49,961 nt of DNA, taken from the NCBI GenBank assembly GCA_043820325.1, contig JBDREB010000019.1:1-49961 (forward strand), read 5' to 3'. The first letter of the stretch is position 1, and every line of letters begins with the position of its first letter. A program made the position numbers and the translations under genes. Below, piece by piece: positions 20,202 to 37,677 of this stretch. The stretch comes from Planctomycetota bacterium. GTDB taxonomy: Bacteria > Planctomycetota > JBDREB01. Under the pieces are notes generated by a model. It did no database searches. It was not told the origin of the DNA and was given only the letters and a program-made list of their open reading frames with translations.

Positions 20202-20894
20202 TTACATGTTCTCCTTGCTCATGATTTCCTTGGTGCGGATCTTTTCCTGGTAATCCCGTTTGGTGATGAAACCCCGATGGATCCACACCTTGATGCCGAT
20301 CTTGCCGTGCTTGGTGACCGCCTCGCCCAGGGCATAGTCCAGATCGGCCTTGAGCGTATTCAGGGGCACATTGCCCGAGACGAGTTTCTCGCGGCGGGAC
20401 ATTTCCGAGCCGCCGACGCGGCCGGACATGATGATCTTGACGCCGAGGGCGCCCGCTTCCATGACGGTCTGCACCGCGTCGTTCATGGCCTTGCGGAAAA
20501 AGGCGCGCCGCTCGAGCTGGGCGGCGATGCGCTGGGCGATGATCTCGGCGTCGCAGTCCGGGTTCTGCAGTTCGCTGATGTTGATGGCGACCTTTTTACC
20601 GGTCTCATACTCAAGGTTCTGGATGAGGGTCTCGATCTCTTCGCCGCCCTTGCCGATGAGGTAGCCCGGCTTCTCGGCCAGGATGTTGATGATGATCGAA
20701 TTGCCGCCGTCGCGTTTTTCGATCTGCACCTTGGAGATGAACGCGTCCTTGTAGTACTTGCGGATGTACTTGCGGATCTTGTGGTCCTCAAGGACATTCC
20801 GGGCGAAGCCCTTCTTGTCCGCCATGAACCAGCTGGACTCCCACCCGCGGTTGTACGCGAGGCGGAAACCGTTCGGATTGACCTTCTGACCCAA
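20202..20894 (-). CDS. rpsC: 30S ribosomal protein S3
   Basis: The ORF-track start (21023) lies inside rplV. Trimmed to TTG 20892..20894, preceded by AAGGAG, giving (M)GQKVNPNGFRLAYNRGWESSWF. Confidence 0.93.
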   Translation of the reverse strand: MGQKVNPNGFRLAYNRGWESSWFMADKKGFARNVLEDHKIRKYIRKYYKDAFISKVQIEKRDGGNSIIINILAEKPGYLIGKGGEEIETLIQNLEYETGKKVAINISELQNPDCDAEIIAQRIAAQLERRAFFRKAMNDAVQTVMEAGALGVKIIMSGRVGGSEMSRREKLVSGNVPLNTLKADLDYALGEAVTKHGKIGIKVWIHRGFITKRDYQEKIRTKEIMSKENM

Positions 20895-20905
20895 CGGACA
20901 TCTCC

Positions 20906-21250
20906 TTATTTCGCGACTTCGTCCAAGATGACATTGATATGGCTGGTCGGCTTGCGGATGGGTGTGGCCCGGCCCATGGCCCGCGGCATGAACCGCTTGA
21001 GCACCGGCCCCCCCTCCACGCACAGACGCTTGATATAGAGATCGCTCACATCGCCGCCAAGCTCTTCGTTCTCGACGGCATTGGCCACCGCCGATTTCAG
21101 GAGCTTGTCCAGGTAGTAGGAAGCCCGCTTGTGCGTGTTTTCGAGGATCAGGATGGCCTCCTCCACGCTCTTGCCGCGGATCAGGTCGGCCACCAGCCGG
21201 ACCTTGCGCGGCGAGATCCGGATGTAGCGCTGTGACGCTTTGATGTCCAT
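20906..21250 (-). CDS. rplV: 50S ribosomal protein L22
   Basis: Trimmed to ATG 21248..21250: MDIKASQRYIRISPRKVRLVADLIRGKSVEEA. Confidence 0.94.
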   Translation of the reverse strand: MDIKASQRYIRISPRKVRLVADLIRGKSVEEAILILENTHKRASYYLDKLLKSAVANAVENEELGGDVSDLYIKRLCVEGGPVLKRFMPRAMGRATPIRKPTSHINVILDEVAK

Positions 21251-21269
21251 AGTTACCTCGTCCCGTTCT

Positions 21270-21548
21270 TTAGGTGGTCGCGGCCGCGGTTTCTTTGCGG
21301 TGCCCGCGGAATCTGCGGGTCGGCGCGAACTCGCCCAGGCGGTGCCCCACCATGTTTTCGTTGACATTGACGGTCATGAACATCTTGCCGTTGTGGACCT
21401 CAAAACTGTGGCCGATGAATTCGGGTACGATGTGGCAGGCCCGGGCCCAGGTCTTGATGGGCTTGCGCTGTCCCTCGGCGTCCTGTTTGAGGACCTTCTT
21501 AAGGAGCTTCACGGCCACGAACGGGCCTTTCTTCTTGGATCGGCTCAT
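21270..21548 (-). CDS. rpsS: 30S ribosomal protein S19
   Basis: [19 protein letters not shown]...[12 protein letters not shown]. Confidence 0.97.
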   Translation of the reverse strand: MSRSKKKGPFVAVKLLKKVLKQDAEGQRKPIKTWARACHIVPEFIGHSFEVHNGKMFMTVNVNENMVGHRLGEFAPTRRFRGHRKETAAATT

Positions 21549-21551
21549 GGG

Positions 21552-22382
21552 TTACTTCTTCCTTCTGCGTACGATGAAGTTGCTGGAGGTGTTGCGGCGC
21601 CGGCGCGTTTTGCCGCCCTTGCTGAGCTTGCCCCAGGGCGAACACGGGTGCCGGCCGCCGTGCGTCCGACCCTCACCGCCGCCCATGGGGTGGTCGACGG
21701 GATTCTGGCTGGTGCCGCGGTTGTGCGGGCGCCGGCCGAGGTGGCGGCTGATGCCGGCCTTGCCGAGCTTCTCCAGCTTATGGTCGAGGTTGCTGACCTG
21801 ACCCATGGTGGCCTTGCAGTTCAGGTGGATCATGCGCACTTCGCCGCTGGGCAGGGTGACATGCGCGTATTTGCCTTCTTTGGCCGTGAGCGTGGCCGCG
21901 GCGCCCGCGGCCCGGACCAGCTTGGCGCCGCCGCCCGGCCGGAGCTCAACATTGTGGATCTGCATGCCGAGGGGGATGTCGCGCAGCAGGAGGGAGTTGC
22001 CCATGTCGGGCTCGATCTTCTCGCCCGAGAGAATGACCTGGTCGACTTTGAGCTTGTCGGGCGCCAGAATGTACCGTTTTTCGCCATCGGCGTAGAAGAC
22101 CAGGGCGATGTAGGCCGACCGATTGGGATCATATTCGATGGTCTTGACCCGGCCCGGCACGCCGTGCTTGTCACGGGTGAAATCGATGATGCGGAAGGCC
22201 CGTTTGGCGCCGCCCCCGCGGAACCGGGAAGTGATATGCCCGTGATTGTTGCGGGCCCCCGTCTGGGGATGGCTGGTCACCAGCGACTTTTCCGGCTTGT
22301 GGACGGTGAGCATCGAGAAATCGAGGACGCTCTTGAACCGCTGTCCGGGGGAGGTCGGTTTCCTGCGGGCCATTTCCGGCAT
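21552..22382 (-). CDS. rplB: 50S ribosomal protein L2
   Basis: ...[26 protein letters not shown]...; 276 aa. Confidence 0.97.
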   Translation of the reverse strand: MPEMARRKPTSPGQRFKSVLDFSMLTVHKPEKSLVTSHPQTGARNNHGHITSRFRGGGAKRAFRIIDFTRDKHGVPGRVKTIEYDPNRSAYIALVFYADGEKRYILAPDKLKVDQVILSGEKIEPDMGNSLLLRDIPLGMQIHNVELRPGGGAKLVRAAGAAATLTAKEGKYAHVTLPSGEVRMIHLNCKATMGQVSNLDHKLEKLGKAGISRHLGRRPHNRGTSQNPVDHPMGGGEGRTHGGRHPCSPWGKLSKGGKTRRRRNTSSNFIVRRRKK

Positions 22383-22397
22383 GGTATGCTGCCTTTT

Positions 22398-22679
22398 TTA
22401 AATCAAGTCGATGTAATCGTTTTCGCGCAGGCGCACATACGCCTTCTTCCACTCCGGCGCCCGGCTCTGGAACGCGCGCCGGTACATCCGCGGTTTGCCC
22501 GGCATGTTGGCGGTCCGCACAACGACCACCTTGACATCGTAGAGGGCCTCCACGGCCTCCTTGATCTGGGTCTTGTTGGCGGCGGAGTCGACCCGGAACG
22601 CATAGGTGTTGCCCCGTTCGGCGCCGCTGACGGCCGCCTCGGTCACCAGGGGCCGCTTGATGATCTGGTATTTATTCAT
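22398..22679 (-). CDS. rplW: 50S ribosomal protein L23
   Basis: IIKRPLVTEAAVSGAERGNTYAFRVDSAANKTQIKEAVEALYDVKV. Confidence 0.95.
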   Translation of the reverse strand: MNKYQIIKRPLVTEAAVSGAERGNTYAFRVDSAANKTQIKEAVEALYDVKVVVVRTANMPGKPRMYRRAFQSRAPEWKKAYVRLRENDYIDLI

Positions 22680-22681
22680 GT

Positions 22682-23311
22682 TCAGTTATTCGCTCTCGCC
22701 AGCAGAGTGTCGAAGTCTTCCTTGGTCATGACGATGAACCGGCTGTTGAGCAGGTCGTGCGCATTGACGCCCTTGACGGTCTTGATGGTGACCCGCGGGA
22801 TATTGCGGGCCGATTTCAGCATGGTCGCGCTGTCGGTCAGGATCAGGATGGTGGCGCCCAGGATCCCCACGCCTTCCAGGAAGCCGTGCACGGTCCGGGT
22901 GCGGGGCTTGTCCAGCTTCAGCCCGTCCAGGAGGTAGATCTCGGCCGAAGCCACCTTGCCGGCGATGGTGCCGCGGAGCGCCGCGCGCTTCATGCGGCGG
23001 GGCATGAGCGTGGTGACTTCCTTGGGCCGGGGGCCGAAGACCTTGCCCCCGCCGCGCCACAGCGGCGAGCGGCGGCAACCGGCGCGCGCACGGCCGGTGT
23101 GTTTCTGGGCCCAAGGCTTCTTGCCCGAACCGGCCACTTCGCCGCGCGTCTTGGTCGAAGCGGTGTGCTCCTTCGCGTTGGCCTGGTAGGCCAGCGCGGC
23201 CTGCTGGAGCAGGGGCAGCCGGACGCCCCCCTCAAGCAGGGCGTCGTCAACGCGGCGCGAACCCGTTTTCTTGCCGCTGGCGTCGTAAACCGTCACATCC
23301 GTCATGGCCAT
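22682..23311 (-). CDS. rplD: 50S ribosomal protein L4
   Basis: ...[36 protein letters not shown]. Confidence 0.96.
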   Translation of the reverse strand: MAMTDVTVYDASGKKTGSRRVDDALLEGGVRLPLLQQAALAYQANAKEHTASTKTRGEVAGSGKKPWAQKHTGRARAGCRRSPLWRGGGKVFGPRPKEVTTLMPRRMKRAALRGTIAGKVASAEIYLLDGLKLDKPRTRTVHGFLEGVGILGATILILTDSATMLKSARNIPRVTIKTVKGVNAHDLLNSRFIVMTKEDFDTLLARANN

Positions 23312-23949
23312 TATCCTTGTTTCGGCGTGATCTCGAGGAGCGCGCCCCGCGAGCCGGGAACGGCGCCCCTCACGCAGATGAGGTTTTTTTCAGGATCGAT
23401 GGTGATCACATCGAGGTTGCGGATCGTGACCCGGTCGCACCCCATGTGGCCGGGCATTTTCTTGCCGGGCCAGATGCGGGACGGGTCGGTGTTGTTGCCG
23501 ATCGAACCGCAACGGCGGTGACAGGCCTCGGCGCCGTGCGAGGCCGGCGAACCGCGGAAATGGAACCGTTTGACCACACCCTGGAAACCGTGCCCGCGCG
23601 AGGTGCCGGTGATATCGACCTTGACGCCGGCCGTGAGGATCGCCACGGTCACCATGTCGCCGGATTTCAGGGTGGGGCCCCCGTTCGTACGGAATTCGCG
23701 CACGAACCGCACGGGGTTGACGCCGTATTTGAGGAAATGGTAGTATTCGGGTTTTTTCAGCAGGTTGTCGCGCTTGGGCAGGAAACCCAGCTGGACCGCA
23801 TCGTAGCCTTCCTTGTCCCGGGTCTTCACCTGGATGACGGGGCAGGGACCGGCTTCGATGACCGTGACGGGCACCGTGTTGCCGTTCTTGTCGAAGGTCC
23901 GCGTCATGCCGAGTTTTCTACCGAGAATACCGATGGCCATGGGTCGCAT
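23311..23949 (-). CDS. rplC: 50S ribosomal protein L3
   Basis: GILGRKLGMTRTFDKNGNTVPVTVIEAGPC...; the start may be Met4 (23940). Confidence 0.96.
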   Translation of the reverse strand: MRPMAIGILGRKLGMTRTFDKNGNTVPVTVIEAGPCPVIQVKTRDKEGYDAVQLGFLPKRDNLLKKPEYYHFLKYGVNPVRFVREFRTNGGPTLKSGDMVTVAILTAGVKVDITGTSRGHGFQGVVKRFHFRGSPASHGAEACHRRCGSIGNNTDPSRIWPGKKMPGHMGCDRVTIRNLDVITIDPEKNLICVRGAVPGSRGALLEITPKQG

Positions 23950-23951
23950 CC

Positions 23952-24266
23952 CTATTCAATGATGCTCTTGATCTTGGTCATCACCCCGCCCGGCAACTGG
24001 AGGTTGTGGAGCGTATCCACGACCTTCTTGTTGACATCGGTGATGTCGATGATACGGCGGTGGGTCCGGATCTCGAACTGCTCGCGTCCCTGGGAGAATT
24101 TATGGGGGGACTTGATGACCGTGAACTTCTCGATCTTGGTCGGCAGCGGGATCGGCCCGGAGATGAGGGCCCCGGTCTTCTCCACATTGGAGATGATCAC
24201 CTTGACCGTGCGGTCGAGCAGAGTATGCTCGTACGCCTCCAAACGAATACGAATCTTCTCTTGCAA
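23952..24266 (-). CDS. rpsJ: 30S ribosomal protein S10
   Basis: The ORF-track start 24293 is a TTG. I prefer the TTG at 24264..24266, with AAGGA about 8 nt upstream, giving (M)QEKIRIRLEAYEH. The start is uncertain by 27 nt. Confidence 0.9.
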   Translation of the reverse strand: MQEKIRIRLEAYEHTLLDRTVKVIISNVEKTGALISGPIPLPTKIEKFTVIKSPHKFSQGREQFEIRTHRRIIDITDVNKKVVDTLHNLQLPGGVMTKIKSIIE

Positions 24267-24329
24267 AGCAAGATCCTTAACACAGCGGTCCAACGGGCGG
24301 ATCCCGACGGAAAATTTGGAAAAGGGCTT

Positions 24330-24356
24330 ATTATATCACAAATTAAAAATTGTCAA
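24330..24356 (-). promoter_or_regulatory. Sigma70-like promoter of the S10 operon
   Basis: Minus strand reads TTGACA-atttttaatttgtga-TATAAT (15-nt spacer, with TGn extended -10). It sits in a short AT-rich island between fusA and rpsJ. Confidence 0.6.
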
Positions 24357-24442
24357 GGAATACTTGGCTTTTTTTTACGAATTCTCCGCCCGCCGCGGGA
24401 CGGGCGCAGCGCAACTCCGCGGCCGGCAAGGGGTTGCCGCGT

Positions 24443-26506
24443 TCAGAAAAAAGCCCCCTCCTTGCGCAATTTTTCCGGCAGGACCCGGTATTCACGCGGC
24501 TCCATGGTAAAGAGGCCCCGCCCCTGCGTGACGGAGCGGAACCGGGAGGCGAACCCGAAGAGCTCCCGCAGGGGCGCCGAGACCTCCAGGGTGCGCATGC
24601 CGCCCTTGACATCCGAGCTGACGATCTCGCCGCGCCGCATGTTGAAGAAATTGATCGTATCCCCCACATATTCGGGCGGGACCATGACCGCCACCTTCAT
24701 GAACGGTTCCAGGATCACCGGCGCGCCCTGCTTGAGGGCCTCGCGGAAGGCGATGCTGGCGGCGCCGTTCATGGCCGTCTCGTCCGTGCCCGGCGCCTTG
24801 AACCGGAGTTCCAGGAGCGTGACGCGCACATCGATGACCGGGTAGCCCATGATCGTGCCCGCCAGGAGCGAATCCCGCACGCCCTGCTCCGCGGCCTTGA
24901 TGTAGAGCGGCGGCGTGCCGGGCAGTTTGAGCCCGTTGACAAAGGCGAACCCCGATCCGCGGCCGCCGGGCGCGGCCTCCAACTGCACCTGCGCATAGCG
25001 CACCAGGTCGCCCATCTGCGTGTCCACCAATCCCTCGCCGACGGCGGCCCGCCCCACGGTCTCGCGGTAGCTCACCCGCGGCCGGCCCATGTTAACCTTC
25101 AGGTTGTGATCGCGGACCACGCGGTGGCCGATCACCTCCAGGTGGAGCTCGCCCATGCCGGCGATGAGCGTCTGGCCGGTCTCGGCATCGGCGCGGAACG
25201 TGAAGGTGGGGTCGTCCTTGGCGATCAGCCCCAGCACCTCGGTCAGGCGCGCCTCGTCGGCGGCGGCGACCGGTTCGATGGACATGGCCACCACGGTCTC
25301 GGGGAAGCGCATCCGCTCGAAGAGGACGGGGTGTTCCTGGTCGCACAGCGTGTCGCCGGTCACGGTGAACTTCAGGCCGGCCACGGCCACGATGTCGCCG
25401 GCCACCGCCTCTTCGACCGCCTCGCGCTGCTCGGCGTGCATGCGGAAAATGCGCCCCACCTTCTCGATGCGGTCCCGGGTGGAGTTGAAGATCCGGCCCT
25501 TGAGGTCAAGCCGGCCCGAATACAGGCGCAGGTAGGTGATGCCGCCGTGGACATCGTTCTGGACCTTGAACGCCAGCGCGGCGAAGGGATCGCCGGCGTT
25601 CCGTTTGCGTTCGACCGGGGCCCCGGTCCGGGGATCGGTCCCGGCCGCCACCGGGATATCGTTGGGCGCGGGCAGGTAATCGACGATGGCGTCCAGCAAG
25701 CCGCGCACCCCGCGGTTCTTCAGGGCCGAGCCGCACACCACGGGCACGGCCTTGCCGGTGCAGGTGAGATGGCGGATGGCCCGCTTGATCACGCCGTGGG
25801 GAATCTCACGGCCTTCCAGGTACCGTTCCATCAGGTCATCGTCATGATCGGCCAGCTTCTCGATCAGGGCCTCCCGGCGCCCGGCGCACAGGACCGCCAT
25901 GTCGGCGGGGATCTCCCGGATCTCGATGTTGTCATGCGCGGCGGTCTCGGGGATGAAGTGGGCCTTCTGCGTGATCAGGTCCACGAACCCCGTAAAGGCC
26001 GCTTCGACCCCGATCGGCACCTGCAGGGGCAGGACCAGCACATTGAAACGCGCGGCGATCTCGCCCGTCACCCGGTCGAAATCGGCTCCGACCCGGTCCA
26101 GTTTGTTGATGAAGGCGATCTTGGGCACATGGTAGCGATCCGACTGGTGCCAGACGGTCTCCGACTGGGCTTCCACCCCTTCCACCCCGGCGAAGACCAC
26201 CACAGCGCCGTCCAGCACCCGCAGGGAGCGTTCGACCTCGGCGGTGAAATCGACATGCCCGGGGGTGTCGACGATGTTGATGCAGTGGTCCTTCCACATG
26301 ACCGTGGTGCAGGCGGCGGTGATGGTGATGCCCCGGGCGCGCTCCTCCTCCATCCAGTCCGTGGTCGTGGTGCCGTCGTGCACCTCCCCGATGCGGTGCT
26401 CCCGGCCGGTGAAGAAAAGAATGCGCTCCGACACGGTGGTCTTGCCCGCATCGATGTGGGCGATGATGCCGATGTTGCGCACCCGTTTGCAATCGAACGC
26501 CGTCAT
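24443..26506 (-). CDS. fusA: Elongation factor G (divergent N-terminal G-domain sequence)
   Basis: RNIGIIAHIDAGKTTVSERILFFTG, DTPGHVDF, NKLDR; 687 aa. In the str-operon position after rpsG, but not followed by tuf. Confidence 0.93.
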   Translation of the reverse strand: MTAFDCKRVRNIGIIAHIDAGKTTVSERILFFTGREHRIGEVHDGTTTTDWMEEERARGITITAACTTVMWKDHCINIVDTPGHVDFTAEVERSLRVLDGAVVVFAGVEGVEAQSETVWHQSDRYHVPKIAFINKLDRVGADFDRVTGEIAARFNVLVLPLQVPIGVEAAFTGFVDLITQKAHFIPETAAHDNIEIREIPADMAVLCAGRREALIEKLADHDDDLMERYLEGREIPHGVIKRAIRHLTCTGKAVPVVCGSALKNRGVRGLLDAIVDYLPAPNDIPVAAGTDPRTGAPVERKRNAGDPFAALAFKVQNDVHGGITYLRLYSGRLDLKGRIFNSTRDRIEKVGRIFRMHAEQREAVEEAVAGDIVAVAGLKFTVTGDTLCDQEHPVLFERMRFPETVVAMSIEPVAAADEARLTEVLGLIAKDDPTFTFRADAETGQTLIAGMGELHLEVIGHRVVRDHNLKVNMGRPRVSYRETVGRAAVGEGLVDTQMGDLVRYAQVQLEAAPGGRGSGFAFVNGLKLPGTPPLYIKAAEQGVRDSLLAGTIMGYPVIDVRVTLLELRFKAPGTDETAMNGAASIAFREALKQGAPVILEPFMKVAVMVPPEYVGDTINFFNMRRGEIVSSDVKGGMRTLEVSAPLRELFGFASRFRSVTQGRGLFTMEPREYRVLPEKLRKEGAFF

Positions 26507-26542
26507 AGGTCACCTAGTCCCGTCATGCGTGCCGCCTGAAAT

Positions 26543-26582
26543 GAAACAGACCTTTTTCCGCGTACGAAAAAAGGTCTGTTTC
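26543..26582 (-). terminator. Strong AT-rich hairpin between rpsG and fusA (terminator or attenuator candidate)
   Basis: GAAACAGACCTTTTT-(9-10 nt loop)-AAAAAGGTCTGTTTC, a perfect stem of about 15 bp. The minus-strand RNA continues AUUUCAGG. Confidence 0.5.
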
Positions 26583-26596
26583 CGATCCCCGGGGGA

Positions 26597-27058
26597 TCAG
26601 GCGAAGTGGGCGTAGGCCTTGTTGGCTTCGGCCATGCGATGGGTCGCCTCGCGCTTTTCCATGGATGAACCGGTCTTGTTGTAGGCGTCCAGAAGCTCGG
26701 CCGTGAGCTTGTCGACCATCGGCCGGCCCTTCTTGCCGCGGGCGACATCCAGGATCCACCGGAACGCCAGCGTTTCGCTGCGGCGTTCCTCCACGCTCAC
26801 GGGGATCTGGTAGGTGGCCCCGCCAATGCGCCGGGACTTGATCTCCACGATCGGCCGGACATTCTTGACCGCATCCTGGAAGACCTCGATCGCGCTCTTG
26901 GTGGTCTTCTCCTGCAGGCGCGCGAGGGCGGTGTAGACGATCTTCTCCGCCACCGACTTCTTGCCTTTCTTCATGACCATGTTGATAAAACGCGCCAGGA
27001 GGGTGCTCCCGAATCTGATGTCCGGGACGACCTTTCGGCGCTTGAATTCCTTGGGCAT
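26597..27058 (-). CDS. rpsG: 30S ribosomal protein S7
   Basis: MPKEFKRRKVVPDIRFGSTLLARFIN...; 153 aa. Confidence 0.96.
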   Translation of the reverse strand: MPKEFKRRKVVPDIRFGSTLLARFINMVMKKGKKSVAEKIVYTALARLQEKTTKSAIEVFQDAVKNVRPIVEIKSRRIGGATYQIPVSVEERRSETLAFRWILDVARGKKGRPMVDKLTAELLDAYNKTGSSMEKREATHRMAEANKAYAHFA

Positions 27059-27094
27059 GGGACTCTCCTCTCTGTTTCAGGCCTGTGACGGCGA

Positions 27095-27466
27095 TCAGCC
27101 CTGCTTGCGGGTGCCGTATTTGGAACGGGATTTCTTGCGGCCCTTGACCCCCTCCGCGTCGAACGCGCCGCGGACAATATGGTAGCGCACACCGGGCAGG
27201 TCGCGGACGCGGCCGCCCCGGATCAGCACGATCGAGTGCTCCTGGAGGTTGTGTCCCTCGCCGGGGATGTAGGCCGTGATCTCGTTGCCGTTGGTGAGCA
27301 CCACGTGGGCCACCTTGCGCATGGCCGAGTTCGGCTTCTTGGGGGTCATGATCTTGACCAGGGTGCAGACCCCCTTGCGCTGGGGACAACCCTCCAGCAC
27401 CGGGGTCTTGGTCTTGCGGGGAACGGACCGCCGCCCTTTACGGATCAGCTGATTGATCGTCGGCAC
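27095..27466 (-). CDS. rpsL: 30S ribosomal protein S12
   Basis: [13 protein letters not shown]...[13 protein letters not shown]. Confidence 0.97.
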   Translation of the reverse strand: MPTINQLIRKGRRSVPRKTKTPVLEGCPQRKGVCTLVKIMTPKKPNSAMRKVAHVVLTNGNEITAYIPGEGHNLQEHSIVLIRGGRVRDLPGVRYHIVRGAFDAEGVKGRKKSRSKYGTRKQG

Positions 27467-27492
27467 GCACCTGTCTCCTTACGATAAATGGA

Positions 27493-31707
<4,215 letters not shown>

Positions 31708-31724
31708 TGGCTCCCCTTAGTTGA

Positions 31725-35435
<3,711 letters not shown>

Positions 35436-35517
35436 TAACGCCTCCTTGGCAATAGCGACACTTCTCCCCCCTCGGGCAATGAAGGGATGCGATGCAATTG
35501 GATCACTGATCGCAGTG

Positions 35518-35940
35518 TCACCGGATCTCGACCGTGCCGCCGGATTCCTCGATCTGCTTCTTGATGGCCTCGGCCTCTTCCTTGGAAACGCCTTCCTTCA
35601 CGGTGGCATTCCCCTTGTCCACCAGGTCCTTGGCGTCCTTGAGGCCCATGTTGGTGAGCTCGCGCACGACCTTGATGACCTTGATCTTGGACGCGCCGCC
35701 GTCCTTGATGACCACATCGAAGGTGGTCTTCTCCTCGGCCGGTGCCGCCGCTGCGGCCCCCGCCGCGGCCGCGGGCATGGCCATCGCCGCGGAGGCGCTG
35801 ACACCGAACTTTTCCTCCATCGCCTTCACGAGCCGGCTTACTTCCAGCACGGTCAGCTTGGCGATGGCCTCCACGACCTCGGCGATCTTGCCGGAAACGG
35901 GGGCGTCCTGGTCCGCTTGGGTCTTGGTCTCTTGCGTCAC
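35518..35940 (-). CDS. rplL: 50S ribosomal protein L7/L12
   Basis: ...[17 protein letters not shown]...[22 protein letters not shown]...; an acidic N-terminal extension of about 18 aa. Confidence 0.95.
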   Translation of the reverse strand: MTQETKTQADQDAPVSGKIAEVVEAIAKLTVLEVSRLVKAMEEKFGVSASAAMAMPAAAAGAAAAAPAEEKTTFDVVIKDGGASKIKVIKVVRELTNMGLKDAKDLVDKGNATVKEGVSKEEAEAIKKQIEESGGTVEIR

Positions 35941-35985
35941 ATTCTGTCTCCTTATGCCGTTAGGCAGCTACCATTGGTGACTGAT

Positions 35986-36510
35986 TCAGGCCGACGCGGC
36001 CTGGGACTTCTTTTCGATCTCCTTGACGGTGCACACCAGCTTGCGCATGAGGCCCTGCAGGATGTTGACCGTGCCCTGGACCGGGCCGCGCGCGGTGAGC
36101 ATGACCTGGCAGAGCAGGACTTCGCGCGGCGGGATCTTGGACAGCTCCGTGACCGCGGCGGGGTCCATGACCCGGCCTTCAAACCAGCCGCCCCGGATCT
36201 CCACCGTCTTATGATCCTTGGCGAACTCGGCGACCACCTTGATGCCGGCCATGACATCGCCGCCGTAGATGACGGCCGAGGGCCCGCTCACCTGCGTGCC
36301 AAAGTCGGCCAGATCGATGCCCTGCAGCGCCTTGCGGAACAGGCGGTTCTGGATGTGCAGCATCTGGCTGCCCTTGGTGAAGAGGCGGCCGCGCAGATCG
36401 CAGGTGGCAGCGACCGTGAGGCCGGTGTACCGGATCGCGAACATGCCGGGCACGCCCTTGAGGGCGGCCTGATATTCCCTGACCATCAGTTCTTTCAAAT
36501 GACCGGGCAT
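35986..36510 (-). CDS. rplJ: 50S ribosomal protein L10
   Basis: 174 aa in the canonical rplJ-rplL position. Weak direct motif recognition; the call rests on context and length. Confidence 0.88.
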   Translation of the reverse strand: MPGHLKELMVREYQAALKGVPGMFAIRYTGLTVAATCDLRGRLFTKGSQMLHIQNRLFRKALQGIDLADFGTQVSGPSAVIYGGDVMAGIKVVAEFAKDHKTVEIRGGWFEGRVMDPAAVTELSKIPPREVLLCQVMLTARGPVQGTVNILQGLMRKLVCTVKEIEKKSQAASA

Positions 36511-36538
36511 AAGCGGTTCCTTGCTGGCAACGCGGCCG

Positions 36539-37213
36539 TTAGGTGGTGAGCGTGACGCCGGGGCCCATCGTGGAGGAGATCGCCACGCGTTTGATGAATG
36601 TGTCCCTTACCGTGCTGGGCCGGATGGAAACGATGTAATCGAAGAACGCCTTGATGTTGGCGGCCAGCGCCTCGGGTGCGAACGAGAGTTTCCCGACCGG
36701 CACCAGGATATTGCCCTGCTTGTCGTTGCGGTACTCGATCTTGCCCGCGGCGAATTCCCGCACCATCCTGGCGATGTCATCCTGCACCGACCCGGACTTG
36801 GGCGAGGGCATGAGGCCCTTGGGACCGAGGATGCGGCCGAGTTTGCCGATGACGCGCATCATCGACGGCTGGGCCACCATCACATCGAAATCGAGCCAGC
36901 CCTCCTCGATGCGCTTGGCGAGCGCCTCGCTGCCGGCCTCCATGGCGCCGGCCTGCTTGGCCTCCTCGACCTTGGAATCGTCGCAGATCGCGATCACGCG
37001 CACCTTCTTGCCCACGCCGTGGGGGAAGGAGAAGGAGCCGCGGAGCTGCTGGTCGGCCTGGGTGGCGTCGATATTCAGGGCGATGGCCATGTTCACCGTT
37101 TCGTCGAATTTCGCCGGCTTGGCGGCCTTGACGATCTGCACGGCCTCTTCGATCGTGTAGGTCTTGGACTGGTCAACGAGCTTCAAGTTCTCTCTGTGCC
37201 GCTTGGAAACCAT
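36539..37213 (-). CDS. rplA: 50S ribosomal protein L1
   Basis: ...FDETVNMAIALNIDATQADQQLRGSFSFPHGVGKKVRV... Confidence 0.95.
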   Translation of the reverse strand: MVSKRHRENLKLVDQSKTYTIEEAVQIVKAAKPAKFDETVNMAIALNIDATQADQQLRGSFSFPHGVGKKVRVIAICDDSKVEEAKQAGAMEAGSEALAKRIEEGWLDFDVMVAQPSMMRVIGKLGRILGPKGLMPSPKSGSVQDDIARMVREFAAGKIEYRNDKQGNILVPVGKLSFAPEALAANIKAFFDYIVSIRPSTVRDTFIKRVAISSTMGPGVTLTT

Positions 37214-37227
37214 ATGTCACCTCAACC

Positions 37228-37659
37228 TTAATCGACTACATCAATGCCCATGCTGCGGGCCGTACCTGCCACGACCTTGATCGCCGCATCGAGCGTGCGC
37301 GCGTTCAGGCCGTCCATCTTTTTCCGGGCGATCTCCGCCACCTGGGCGCGGGTCACCTTGCCGACCTTGGTCTTGTTGGGGGTCCCCGAACCCTGGGCCA
37401 CGCCGGCCGCCAGTTTCAGAAGCACGGACGCGGGCGGGGACTTGAGAATGAAGGTGAAGGACCGGTCCTTGAAGACCGTGATCTCCACGGGGATCGTGAT
37501 GCCGTTATCGGCCTTGGTCCGGGCGTTGAACTGGTTGATGAACTCCTGGATGGCCACGCCGTACTGGCCGAGGGCAGGGCCCACCGGCGGGGCCGGGGTC
37601 GCCTTGCCGCCGGGGATCTGCAGCTTGACTTTTCCGATGACTTCTTTTTTCTTGGCCAC
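37228..37659 (-). CDS. rplK: 50S ribosomal protein L11
   Basis: [26 protein letters not shown]. Confidence 0.97.
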   Translation of the reverse strand: MAKKKEVIGKVKLQIPGGKATPAPPVGPALGQYGVAIQEFINQFNARTKADNGITIPVEITVFKDRSFTFILKSPPASVLLKLAAGVAQGSGTPNKTKVGKVTRAQVAEIARKKMDGLNARTLDAAIKVVAGTARSMGIDVVD

Positions 37660-37677
37660 GGCCGGGTCTCCTTACGG

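Noticed and set aside
20895-21023. Apparent N-terminal extensions in the ORF track: rpsC into rplV, rplV to 21367, secE to 38713, truA to 1065, map to 13776, arfB to 46948, the lipoprotein to 45304 and tuf to 40149.
   Set aside because: The extensions overlap upstream genes or a tRNA, and they lack conserved sequence. Internal ATG/TTG/GTG codons with AAGGAG-type ribosome-binding sites reproduce the canonical family N-termini.
24380-24442. GC hairpins after fusA (CGGCAA-CCCC-TTGCCG and CGCCCG...CGGGCG) as an intrinsic terminator.
   Set aside because: On the transcribed (minus) strand they are followed by an A-run, not a U-run. I left them uncalled.
35436-35517. rplL-rpoB spacer with a long-range GACACT/AGTGTC pairing as an attenuator.
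   Set aside because: This is plausible by analogy with E. coli, but the stems are short and there is no U-run. The evidence is insufficient for a call.
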